A stretch of 64,000 nucleotides of DNA from Candidatus Latescibacterota bacterium (GTDB lineage Bacteria; Latescibacterota; UBA2968). How positions within the stretch are numbered: the stretch's first letter is position 1; each line of letters begins with the position of its first letter. Below the pieces are notes generated by a model. That model did no database searches, was not told the DNA's origin, and saw only the letters and a program-made list of their open reading frames with translations. Below, one piece after another: positions 30,050 to 38,476 of this stretch. A program made the translations under genes and the position numbers. The stretch lies in assembly GCA_965204375.1 (NCBI GenBank), contig OZ241986.1:3200001-3264000 (forward strand). The letters run 5' to 3'.

Positions 30050-31567
30050 ATGAGTAAACCCAATATCGTCTTTATTCTGGCAGATGACCTCGGGTTTGGT
30101 GATGTACGAGCAAATAATCCCGAATCGAAGATACCAACACCAAATCTGGATCGGATAGCAGCGGAAGGGATGCGGTTTACCGATGCGCATACCAATTCGG
30201 CAATGTGTTCGCCTACGCGATATGGATTGATGACGGGAAGGTATGCGTGGCGCACCTGGTTAAAGAGGACCGTGTTGCCACACTTTTCGAAACCACTGAT
30301 AGACAAAGGACGAATGACACTGGCGTCGCTTTTAAAGTCGCATGGATATGCGACCGCAGCGGTTGGCAAATGGCATCTGGGTTTGGGGTGGCAGGCCAAA
30401 GATGGCGAGACATTTGATCCGGAGGTTTGGACACCGCATCAGATTGATGCGATTGATTTTACCAAACCACTAAAGGGAAGCCCACTGGATCACGGATTTG
30501 ATTATTTTTTTGGGTTGAACGCGTCAAACAATATGCTGCCGTATTGTTTTATTGAAAATGACCGCGCAGTTTTGGAACCGGATGAGCGGAAGTGGCCAGT
30601 GTATGATACCGAATCGCCCGTGGGATTGATGTCGCCAGATTACACATCGGAGAAAATTGATCAGGTTTTGTTTAGCAAAGCAAAAGCGTGGCTGAATACG
30701 CATTTTGAAGAGCGGCAGGATGATCCTTTCTTTTTGTATTTTCCATCGTCGGCGATCCATCGTCCGTGTTTGCCATCCCATAAGTGGATTGGAAAAAGTC
30801 AGGCGGGTTTGAGAGGTGATAAGGTTGCAGAATTAGATGATATTGTCGGGCGTTTGTTGGGAGAATTGGAAAAACACGGCGTACTCAATAACACGCTGGT
30901 GATCTTTTCAAGTGATAACGGTGCGCTTGCAGGCGATTCCGAGCAAGCGTTGCAGGAATTGGCGGACAATGGGTATGGTCAGGTTTGGCCATCCCAGCAA
31001 TTGTTGGGCAGAATCGATGAAGGGATTCACAATGTGCGCGACAGAAAACATTTGACGTATGGCCATCGGTGCAATGGAGCGTTTTTTGGTTATAAAACAG
31101 ATATATATGAGGGCGGACACCGCGTACCTTTTCTGGTACGCTGGCCAGGTAAGGTGACAGCGGGAACAGTTTGTGATGAGACGATTTGCATGACGGACAT
31201 GCTGGCGACTGTGGCGACGCTTTTGGGTGAGACTTTGCCTGAAGATGCGGGTGAGGACAGTTATAATGTATTGCCATTAATATTGGGCGAAGAAATTGAG
31301 AAGCCGATTCGAGAGGCGACGGTCCATCACTCAGGTCAGGGGATGTTTGCAATCAGGAAGGGCGAGTGGAAACTGGTATTGGGAAAAGAGTCGGGTGGTA
31401 GTCAGACGGATCGCACGGTTGAGACTGAGGGACAGCTTTACAATATGAAAACAGACAAAGAAGAAACCACGAATGTGTATGAAGAACATCCCGAAGTGGT
31501 AAGAGAACTGACTGCCTTGTTAGAAAAGTATGAGCGCGAGGGACGGAGTGCTCCGGTTATGGCTTAA
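30050..31567 (+). CDS. Arylsulfatase A family protein
   Basis: PNIVFILADDLG, CSPTR, GKWHLG, SSDNG, YEGGHRVP. Confidence 0.95.
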   Translation: MSKPNIVFILADDLGFGDVRANNPESKIPTPNLDRIAAEGMRFTDAHTNSAMCSPTRYGLMTGRYAWRTWLKRTVLPHFSKPLIDKGRMTLASLLKSHGYATAAVGKWHLGLGWQAKDGETFDPEVWTPHQIDAIDFTKPLKGSPLDHGFDYFFGLNASNNMLPYCFIENDRAVLEPDERKWPVYDTESPVGLMSPDYTSEKIDQVLFSKAKAWLNTHFEERQDDPFFLYFPSSAIHRPCLPSHKWIGKSQAGLRGDKVAELDDIVGRLLGELEKHGVLNNTLVIFSSDNGALAGDSEQALQELADNGYGQVWPSQQLLGRIDEGIHNVRDRKHLTYGHRCNGAFFGYKTDIYEGGHRVPFLVRWPGKVTAGTVCDETICMTDMLATVATLLGETLPEDAGEDSYNVLPLILGEEIEKPIREATVHHSGQGMFAIRKGEWKLVLGKESGGSQTDRTVETEGQLYNMKTDKEETTNVYEEHPEVVRELTALLEKYEREGRSAPVMA

Positions 31568-31689
31568 AATGCCTCATGATAAGTCGAACCATCTGCTGCA
31601 CAGCCCGCAAGTTCCGGAATCTCAGCGATAAATGCCTTGTCTTCCTCACTCCAATAAATGATGATTTAGTATTTGTGATTATTAGTCAT
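31564..31689 (-). pseudogene. hicB: hicB antitoxin pseudogene (nonsense at codon 8, 3'-truncated)
   Basis: Reads MTNNHKY*IIIYWSEEDKAFIAEIPELAGCAADGSTYHEAF*. Confidence 0.85.
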
Positions 31690-32011
31690 TGCTTGAATTT
31701 CCCAACCGGTATATAATTCTTAAAAATAGATATGGAATATTAATACTCCATTGCGTTTCCATCGGTTTTGATAAAGAGGTTTATTTATAATCCAACGCAG
31801 TGCTACACATCCCACCTTTGATTTCTCCTGTTTACCAACCTTTTTGGCAGTACTTTGGCAACATCTCTTACGGCGAGATTGCTGGAAACGGAGCGTGATA
31901 TGAGCCGACGACAGTGCTCTTCTGCTCTAAATCAATGATTTGTATTTTTATATAACATATTGAAATAAATTAACTTATAATTCCACATTCAAAAAAAGAA
32001 AAAATTAGTTC

Positions 32012-32058
32012 TTGACATTTTACCAACACAACATTATTGTTGTGTTTCGGATTGTCAA
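32012..32058 (+). promoter_or_regulatory. Sigma70 promoter overlapped by a palindromic operator
   Basis: TTGACA(32012)-17 bp-TATTGT(32035); perfect IR AACACAACA-ttat-TGTTGTGTT (32025-32046) covers the -10 box. Confidence 0.65.
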
Positions 32059-32135
32059 TATCTTGTACTTTATTGGATCCAGCTTGGGCGGGAAGCTGCT
32101 ACCCGTCGGAATCTGTCAGAAGATACGGCGAATCT

Positions 32136-32585
32136 ATGATACCACTTTTCGATTCTAACGGATGCTTACCCGTCGGCATATATTGGACAACTTGGGAAAA
32201 ATTCAAAATCAGATTCGGTGTGACCGCTCATAGGCGCAGACTCTTGGATGGCCTGGAGCAAGGATTAAAGTCTTTGAAAGCGGCCGGCTGCTCGACTGTT
32301 TACATAGATGGAAGTTTTGTTACAGACAAAGAAATCCCTGGAGATTTTGATGCATGCTGGGATGGCAGCGGGGTTGATCTGGCATTACTTGATCCTGTTC
32401 TGTTAAACTTCGATAATCAACGGGCGGCACAAAAAGCCAAATATCGTGGAGAATTCTTCCCTGCTCATTTTGAGGCAGAAGCTACGCCTCCCTACAGGAT
32501 GTTTCTCGATTTTTTTCAGACCGATAAAGCTACGGGCGATCCAAAAGGGATTATAGCCATAGACCTAAGAGGATGGCAGATATGA
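32136..32585 (+). CDS. DUF6932-like minimal nucleotidyltransferase
   Basis: MIPLFDSNGCLPVG start; YIDGSFVTDKEIPGDFD (Pol-beta-type GS...DxD); FFQTDK...KGIIAIDL end. Confidence 0.8.
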   Translation: MIPLFDSNGCLPVGIYWTTWEKFKIRFGVTAHRRRLLDGLEQGLKSLKAAGCSTVYIDGSFVTDKEIPGDFDACWDGSGVDLALLDPVLLNFDNQRAAQKAKYRGEFFPAHFEAEATPPYRMFLDFFQTDKATGDPKGIIAIDLRGWQI

Positions 32586-34030
32586 TCAAAAACGCGAGAC
32601 AATATCGGATCACCAAGGCCCAGATGAGGAAGTTTGAGGGTGCTTTGGCGGAGTTGGCTCAAAATAAAAATAAGAATATTCATCCTCTACTTCAGAAAGC
32701 TCATCAGGATGCATTGAGAAGTCAACATGAGGAACTCCGTATGCAGTTGGAGGAATACGACGCGCTTGTAGAAGGTAAGCGCAATGTTCTCGAACGTCTT
32801 TCACTTACTGATCTTCCTCGTGCTCTCATTCAGGCTCGGATTGCTATGGGGTTGTCTCAGAAAGAACTTGCCCATCGTCTCGGACTCAAAGAGCAACAAA
32901 TACAGCGATACGAAGCAAATGAATACGCGACTGCCAATCTTGAACGATTGAAAGAGGTCGTAGAAGCTCTAGGTATTGAAATGCAAGAGGATCTTTTTCT
33001 TTCCTCGGACCACTTTTCACTGGAAGAAATCTTCAGTCGAATGAAAAAATCTGGTTTTGAGAAGAATTTCATATTCAATCGATTACTGCCGCGAGATTTA
33101 GTCGCATATATAGAGCAAGAGAATGAAAAGAGCCAAACCGGAAATGTGCCATTGCAAGTTGCTACAGCAATTGCTCGCGTATTTGGATGGTCTCCTACTC
33201 TGATCTTTGGTTCTCGTCCATTAATAATGGATCCTGCTATTGCGGGAGCTGGAAGATTTAAAACTCCTGTATATGCAAAAAGAACCAGATTAAGTGCCTA
33301 TACCATGTTTGCCCATATTTTGGGTCTGCATCTTCTTGATACAACGCAGGATTTGAAACCACAAAAAGTGCCTACAAATGGTCTCAAAGTGAGAGAGGAG
33401 ATACTGTCTTTCTATGGATCTGTCACATTTGAAAATGTGCTACGCTATGTATGGGGCTTAGGTATACCCGTATTGCCGTTGCGTGATCCAGGCGCGTTCC
33501 ATGGTGCCTGTTGGCGGATAGAATATCGGAATGTGATCGTACTAAAACAAGGGACGGATTCGTTAGCGCGTTGGCTATTCGATCTTTTGCATGAACTTGC
33601 CCATGCGGGCGAAGATCCCGACAGCGAAGAATATGCTATGGTTGAGACTGATCCAATAGAAAGGCAAGGCTCTGACGAGGAGGCTGCTGCGAATAAGTTC
33701 GCTGATGATGTCATGCTTGCGGGACGCGCGGAGGAACTTGCTGAAAAATGTGTTGAGGCTGCTGAAGGAAAAGTAGAATGGTTGAAAAGGGTAGTTCCCG
33801 AAGTGGCTGAAAAGGAGGGTGTAGAGACAGATTCTCTTGCCAATTATATGGCATATCGACTGTCGTTACAGCAGTTAAATTGGTGGGGAGCAGCCAGCAA
33901 CCTGCAGAAAAAAGATCCTCTGCCCTGGGTCACCGCTCGGGATATACTACTCGAACACGTAGATCTTAGTTACCTCAATGAATTCGATAGAGATCTACTA
34001 ATGCGTGCAATAGATGATGGTCTGTATTGA
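32582..34030 (+). CDS. XRE HTH regulator fused to ImmA/IrrE (M78) zinc metallopeptidase
   Basis: MIKNARQY start, GLSQKELAHRLGLKEQQIQRYE HTH, LLHELAH (HExxH), EAAANKFA. Confidence 0.9.
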   Translation: MIKNARQYRITKAQMRKFEGALAELAQNKNKNIHPLLQKAHQDALRSQHEELRMQLEEYDALVEGKRNVLERLSLTDLPRALIQARIAMGLSQKELAHRLGLKEQQIQRYEANEYATANLERLKEVVEALGIEMQEDLFLSSDHFSLEEIFSRMKKSGFEKNFIFNRLLPRDLVAYIEQENEKSQTGNVPLQVATAIARVFGWSPTLIFGSRPLIMDPAIAGAGRFKTPVYAKRTRLSAYTMFAHILGLHLLDTTQDLKPQKVPTNGLKVREEILSFYGSVTFENVLRYVWGLGIPVLPLRDPGAFHGACWRIEYRNVIVLKQGTDSLARWLFDLLHELAHAGEDPDSEEYAMVETDPIERQGSDEEAAANKFADDVMLAGRAEELAEKCVEAAEGKVEWLKRVVPEVAEKEGVETDSLANYMAYRLSLQQLNWWGAASNLQKKDPLPWVTARDILLEHVDLSYLNEFDRDLLMRAIDDGLY

Positions 34031-34034
34031 GGAT

Positions 34035-34385
34035 CCGCGCAGTTTTGGAACCGGATGAGCGGAAGTGGCCAGTGTATGATACCGAATCACCCGTGGGATT
34101 GATGTCGCCGGATTACACATCGGAGAAAATTGATCAGGTTTTGTTTAGCAAAGCAAAAGCGTGGTTGAATACGCATTTTGAAGAGCGAAAGGATGATTCT
34201 TTCTTTTTGTATTTTCCATCGTCGGCGATCCATCGTCCGTGTTTGCCAACCCATAAGTGGATTGGAAAAAGCCAGGCAGGATTGAGAGGTGATAAGGTTG
34301 CAGAATTAGATGATATTGTCGGGCGTTTGTTGGGAGAATTGGAAAAACACGGCGTGCTCAATAACACACTGGTGATCTTTTCAAG
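34035..34385 (+). repeat. 351-bp diverged direct copy of an internal part of the arylsulfatase gene (30562-30912); gene fragment
   Basis: Ungapped alignment at offset 3473 with about 12 substitutions by manual count. Confidence 0.95.
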
Positions 34386-34464
34386 GGGGACTATATACGA
34401 TGATACCGTTGTTTGTTTCTTAACCGTCATATCATTATACCCGACCAAAAAACAAATTTACAAG

Positions 34465-34497
34465 AAAAAACTCTCACCTAAAAAGGTGAGAGCTTTT
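34465..34497. terminator. Bidirectional terminator-like hairpin
   Basis: AAAAAA-CTCTCACCT-AAAA-AGGTGAGAG-CTTTT between convergent genes. Confidence 0.7.
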
Positions 34498-34535
34498 ATC
34501 TTCTATTTTTTATTATTTACTGCCTGTAAAGATTT

Positions 34536-34772
34536 TTAATCAAGTGCTTCTTCAACGTCAAAGATGCTGATATTAAAACGGGCACAGATACTTCTCATTA
34601 GTGTGGGTGCGATAATATCCCCATCATCAATAAAGGGGATGTGATACTTTTTTTCGCCGTGCTCAAAATAACAAAGCCCATTGGTTGTAATGTAATTACA
34701 ATTAAATTTGCAGGCAAGACAATCTCTAAACGCGCCAAAAGTCGACATTTGCCGCCTGAATGGAAATGGCAT
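34536..34772 (-). CDS. Small hypothetical protein, weak HicA-like toxin resemblance
   Basis: YFEHGEKKYHIP...DIIAPTLMRSICARFNI resembles the HicA C-terminal half; directly downstream of a HicB-like gene. Confidence 0.5.
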   Translation of the reverse strand: MPFPFRRQMSTFGAFRDCLACKFNCNYITTNGLCYFEHGEKKYHIPFIDDGDIIAPTLMRSICARFNISIFDVEEALD

Positions 34773-34792
34773 TTCGTGCTCCTGATTTTAAT

Positions 34793-35158
34793 TTAGGCAA
34801 ATGCGAGCTTTGCAGCGGGGATAGATTTTGCGACGGTTGGTGACACTCCATTAGGAACGGGGATATCAAATTGAGACTTCTTTTCATATTTCTGTTTTTC
34901 TTTCCCCAACTTTTCATATTCTTCTGCTAATTTGTGATATTCCCGCGGGGTTTCAGGTATTCCATCAAGCGGTTCTTTGCCGTCTTCAAGGTCTAAAAGA
35001 ATCTGACCTGAAAGAGTCTTTTTCCATTGATCTATCGCTATCTCAGGCGTATCGCCCTGAGATGCGATATCGTATTCAAGGCACTGAGCCACCCACTTTC
35101 CGCATTCGGGGATGAGAATAAGCGTCAAATGCAAGTAGTTCATCTGTTGGGCGTTCAT
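34793..35158 (-). CDS. HicB-like antitoxin (N-terminal partial RNase H fold)
   Basis: GGAGG RBS; GKWVAQCLEYDIASQGDTPEIA motif. Confidence 0.75.
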   Translation of the reverse strand: MNAQQMNYLHLTLILIPECGKWVAQCLEYDIASQGDTPEIAIDQWKKTLSGQILLDLEDGKEPLDGIPETPREYHKLAEEYEKLGKEKQKYEKKSQFDIPVPNGVSPTVAKSIPAAKLAFA

Positions 35159-35490
35159 GCTGACAACCTCCTTGTGTGCGCGGAATGCGCTTGTTAGCTG
35201 AATACTGTGACGAGGGCAAAAGTCAGCTAACTTTGCCCTCCCGTTTGCCGTATGACAGCTTAACCGTAATACACGTCAAGATGTCAAGAGAAAATACAAT
35301 ATAGTATAATATCACACAGGTCAAGCGGTTTTTCAGCAAAATCATGTCAAGTCCGTGTATAAAAATTTGAGAGGTACAGGCCTTTTTCATTGTGTTCTTT
35401 GCTCCCTTCTCATATATTTTCTAGGACAAAAAGGAAGCACGAAGATTAGTGTCCCTTCGGGCTTCAAACCCTCAAACGGGAGATAAAACA

Positions 35491-35754
35491 ATGGATGCGA
35501 AAAACGATACACCTAAGTTAGTTATCAATATCCCAAAATACGTGTCTGCTGACAAACAACCAACCTTTGCGCGTGAACAAGCTCAGGCTGAAGTAGATGC
35601 ACTAATTAAAGCAAAAGTGGCCGCTGGCGAAGATCTGCCGCAAAGAGTAGATGTTGAAGTAAAGTCGGATTATTTAACCCTCAATTATCGATTTGGGCCA
35701 CCAGATATCTCCGGCTTCCTCAGATGGTGCTCAAACGACGATAAAAATCCGTAA
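35491..35754 (+). CDS. Small hypothetical protein
   Basis: GGAG RBS, isolated 87-aa ORF; no motif recognised. Confidence 0.55.
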   Translation: MDAKNDTPKLVINIPKYVSADKQPTFAREQAQAEVDALIKAKVAAGEDLPQRVDVEVKSDYLTLNYRFGPPDISGFLRWCSNDDKNP

Positions 35755-35896
35755 AATAACTACAAAAAAGACCTTGCAAAACAAGGGTTATGACACTATA
35801 ATAGTTTTGTAATTATTTGTTTTTTATGTTCTTATCGCACACACATCCCTTTGCACATTCGGCTCGCCTCCCTCGAATGATCGTTCAACGCCATTC

Positions 35897-38266
35897 CTAC
35901 CTTCGGTTGCTCCAAGCTTCAGGTTGAGAGTCGAGTACTTCGGCGTATTTCAGTCTCTCGAGCCGATCTTTTAGTGAGTCTTTGTTGCCAATCGGACCAT
36001 TAAGATCCTGGTTTAACTTCAAGTCATCCCGGATCCGTCTGACATCCGTCAGGAGAGCATCGCCCTCTACGGATGTGTCGACAATGGCCTCAATCCTCTC
36101 GAGCAGCACAACAATATCCGCTTTTGTTGCCGTAGAAAGACGATCTTTGAGAAAGAGTGCCTTCTCTCTTTCCACGCGAGCCGCGATGGATTCCTGCTCC
36201 CGTTCTCGTTCAGCTTTGCGTTGCATGGCTGTCAACTTGGAAAATAGTGCTGCGAATCGGCTTCGCATTTTATTTGCGGCCTCGGAATTTCTTTCTGCAC
36301 AGACGTCAAGGGCATGTCGGGCAAATCCGAGTTTCTCAAGGCGAAGTTCGCTACCGGCCTTGTCAAGACCCTTCTGGATCGCCTTGAAGACCCCAGTGGA
36401 TTCTGACAGCGATTCTTTAATGGTATCTGCTTCGGGGAACTCCTCGGGTAGCTCTATGTCCATCTCGCTCAGGTATTTTTTCGCAGCCTCTATCGCTATT
36501 TCTACCGGAATGAGATCCTCAATTTCTAAAGGTCCACCACACCGGTCGCTTGAAAGACCATCAACCGCGTTGGGTTTTAACTGCAGGACGTATTCGTCTC
36601 TGATCAACTGCTTGTTGCGGGGGCCGCCTCGCTGCAGATCTTTCACAGCACGGTCGCCTTCCTCGTCGCCATCGAGGAGCACAATAACTGCAGGCTTGTT
36701 GGCATCTCTGCCACGAGCCAAGAATGCCATGTACGGAACATGACTGGCAGATCCTGCTGGAACCAGAGTGATCCGATTTAGATCGAGACGTTGGGTGCTA
36801 GCGAAATTTGCTTTGCCGAGTAGGTCAGACATGCCAGCGAGGTATACCTGATCAGCCATTCCTTCCAACATCAGGTTGCAGTTCCCGATGAATGCCATCT
36901 CCCCTACGAAACCTCCCAATGCGGTACGAAGCGGCTCAAAGTGGTTGCGCCCAACATCGCGTACGACACGCACGCCTTCCTCGCCGGAGCCTTTATCGAG
37001 GACCCGAATCCGGTCAGCGCGGTTTTTGTCGATTAGGAATGGTGAGTGGGTTACAAATACAACTTGGCCTCCCGGAGCAGTCTCTGTGGGCAGTGTGAAC
37101 TCATGCAGGACTCGAAGGAGGTCCTGCTGACCTTGGTTAGACAAATATGCGTCTGGCTCATCCATTAGGAGAATCTCCGACCCAGAGCGGTCCTTGACAT
37201 GGGCCAAGAATTGAACGAGGTAGCTGAGGAAATATTTTAGGCCACTACTGCGTTCAGCAAAGGAATACTCGCTGCCCGTACGATCTCGGATAGTAAAGAC
37301 GATGTCGAAGTCTCGAACGGCAATCGCTAAACGAAACTGGTGATCCTGTGACCACCACTTGGAGAGATTTAGAGAGCTTTCCAGTTGTGAGTTCATTGAG
37401 GCCACAATGCCATTAGCAAGCCCTTCATCATCATTACGAAGAGCCTTCTGTAGTTCAACGAATGCCGAGACGTGGATGCCACCAACAGTTACCAGAAGAT
37501 CAAAGGCAAGGTTCAGTTGGTTGCAATGGGATTCTGTTTCCTGCGCACTCATCCTAGAAATATTTGATAAGAAGGACTGGATTTTTTGGCTAAAGTGCTG
37601 TGAATCAGGCATCTGTTTCGATAAATCCTGAGCATGTCCGAGTAAAGAATCTAAGAGTGTCAAGCGATCGGTACGCATCAGGTCTGGTTTTGCGTTTTGA
37701 TCCCCGTCTCTGTCAATCAAAAATGAAATCGGTACACTGTTTGGGATGGCACGTGCTGGATCAATGCGGAAGACCTTTGGGAGAAAACCAGCTAGTTTTT
37801 CGAGATCATTGATTTCATAATGCTGATCGTCTGTATATAGTGTCGCACTGTCGGCGCTAGTACGGAAAACCCGAAACGAGGAGATATTTAAATCATCAGG
37901 GGATTCAATGAGTTCTGATATTTCTTCAGCCTCGTCGGATGTAACATCTTCGAAATGGAGGCCAAAGTGCGGGATCTTCATGGCTTCTGAGACGGTGAAG
38001 TAATCGGAATATCGGCAAAAGTCTGCTGGCGTTGGGCACTCATTGCCTAGCGCGCATTCGATCGCCTGAAGGAATTGACTTTTTCCAGATTCGTTAGCAC
38101 CGACAATAGCCGTGAGTTCAGGGTCAATGTCAAGAGAAACGTAGGGGTAGAATGTATCGTCCTCCATCTGATCCCAAGGATCAGGCTGGGCATTGGGGTG
38201 CTGTTTTCGCAGGTAGTCGAAGTTGAAGGCTCGGTAAAATCTGACGTATGCGGTTCGAAGTATCAT
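35897..38266 (-). CDS. OLD-like ATP-dependent nuclease (ABC-type ATPase + TOPRIM)
   Basis: IVGANESGKS (Walker A), ERSSGLKYF, LLMDEPD, VTHSPF, then MLEGMADQVY and LLDGDEEG TOPRIM motifs. Confidence 0.85.
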   Translation of the reverse strand: MILRTAYVRFYRAFNFDYLRKQHPNAQPDPWDQMEDDTFYPYVSLDIDPELTAIVGANESGKSQFLQAIECALGNECPTPADFCRYSDYFTVSEAMKIPHFGLHFEDVTSDEAEEISELIESPDDLNISSFRVFRTSADSATLYTDDQHYEINDLEKLAGFLPKVFRIDPARAIPNSVPISFLIDRDGDQNAKPDLMRTDRLTLLDSLLGHAQDLSKQMPDSQHFSQKIQSFLSNISRMSAQETESHCNQLNLAFDLLVTVGGIHVSAFVELQKALRNDDEGLANGIVASMNSQLESSLNLSKWWSQDHQFRLAIAVRDFDIVFTIRDRTGSEYSFAERSSGLKYFLSYLVQFLAHVKDRSGSEILLMDEPDAYLSNQGQQDLLRVLHEFTLPTETAPGGQVVFVTHSPFLIDKNRADRIRVLDKGSGEEGVRVVRDVGRNHFEPLRTALGGFVGEMAFIGNCNLMLEGMADQVYLAGMSDLLGKANFASTQRLDLNRITLVPAGSASHVPYMAFLARGRDANKPAVIVLLDGDEEGDRAVKDLQRGGPRNKQLIRDEYVLQLKPNAVDGLSSDRCGGPLEIEDLIPVEIAIEAAKKYLSEMDIELPEEFPEADTIKESLSESTGVFKAIQKGLDKAGSELRLEKLGFARHALDVCAERNSEAANKMRSRFAALFSKLTAMQRKAEREREQESIAARVEREKALFLKDRLSTATKADIVVLLERIEAIVDTSVEGDALLTDVRRIRDDLKLNQDLNGPIGNKDSLKDRLERLKYAEVLDSQPEAWSNRR

Positions 38267-38399
38267 GCTTAAAACCTTATTTTAAAGTAAATCTGCCTCG
38301 AGAGATGATTCGGCATTTCCCATACACGGCTTCAAGGGCGGCGAAGAAGCTTTCGTAAATCGGATTCGGCATCGGCATTGGACGTAAATTCCACGCCTC

Positions 38400-38445
38400 C
38401 CTCACTCCAATAAATGATGATTTCGTACTTGTGATTATTAATCAT
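38400..38445 (-). pseudogene. hicB: Second hicB 5' fragment
   Basis: MINNHKYEIIIYWSE, near-identical to 31644-31689, then unrelated sequence. Confidence 0.75.
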
Positions 38446-38476
38446 TGGTTTGATCTCTTGAAAAGAGTGTTTTTGG

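Noticed and set aside
30562-34385. Diversity-generating retroelement TR/VR pair
   Set aside because: Differences are not confined to adenines of one copy, are mostly synonymous, and no reverse transcriptase is present.
34027-34539. 170-aa sulfatase-like CDS
   Set aside because: Internal duplicate fragment lacking the CxPxR catalytic region, with read-through into non-coding DNA.
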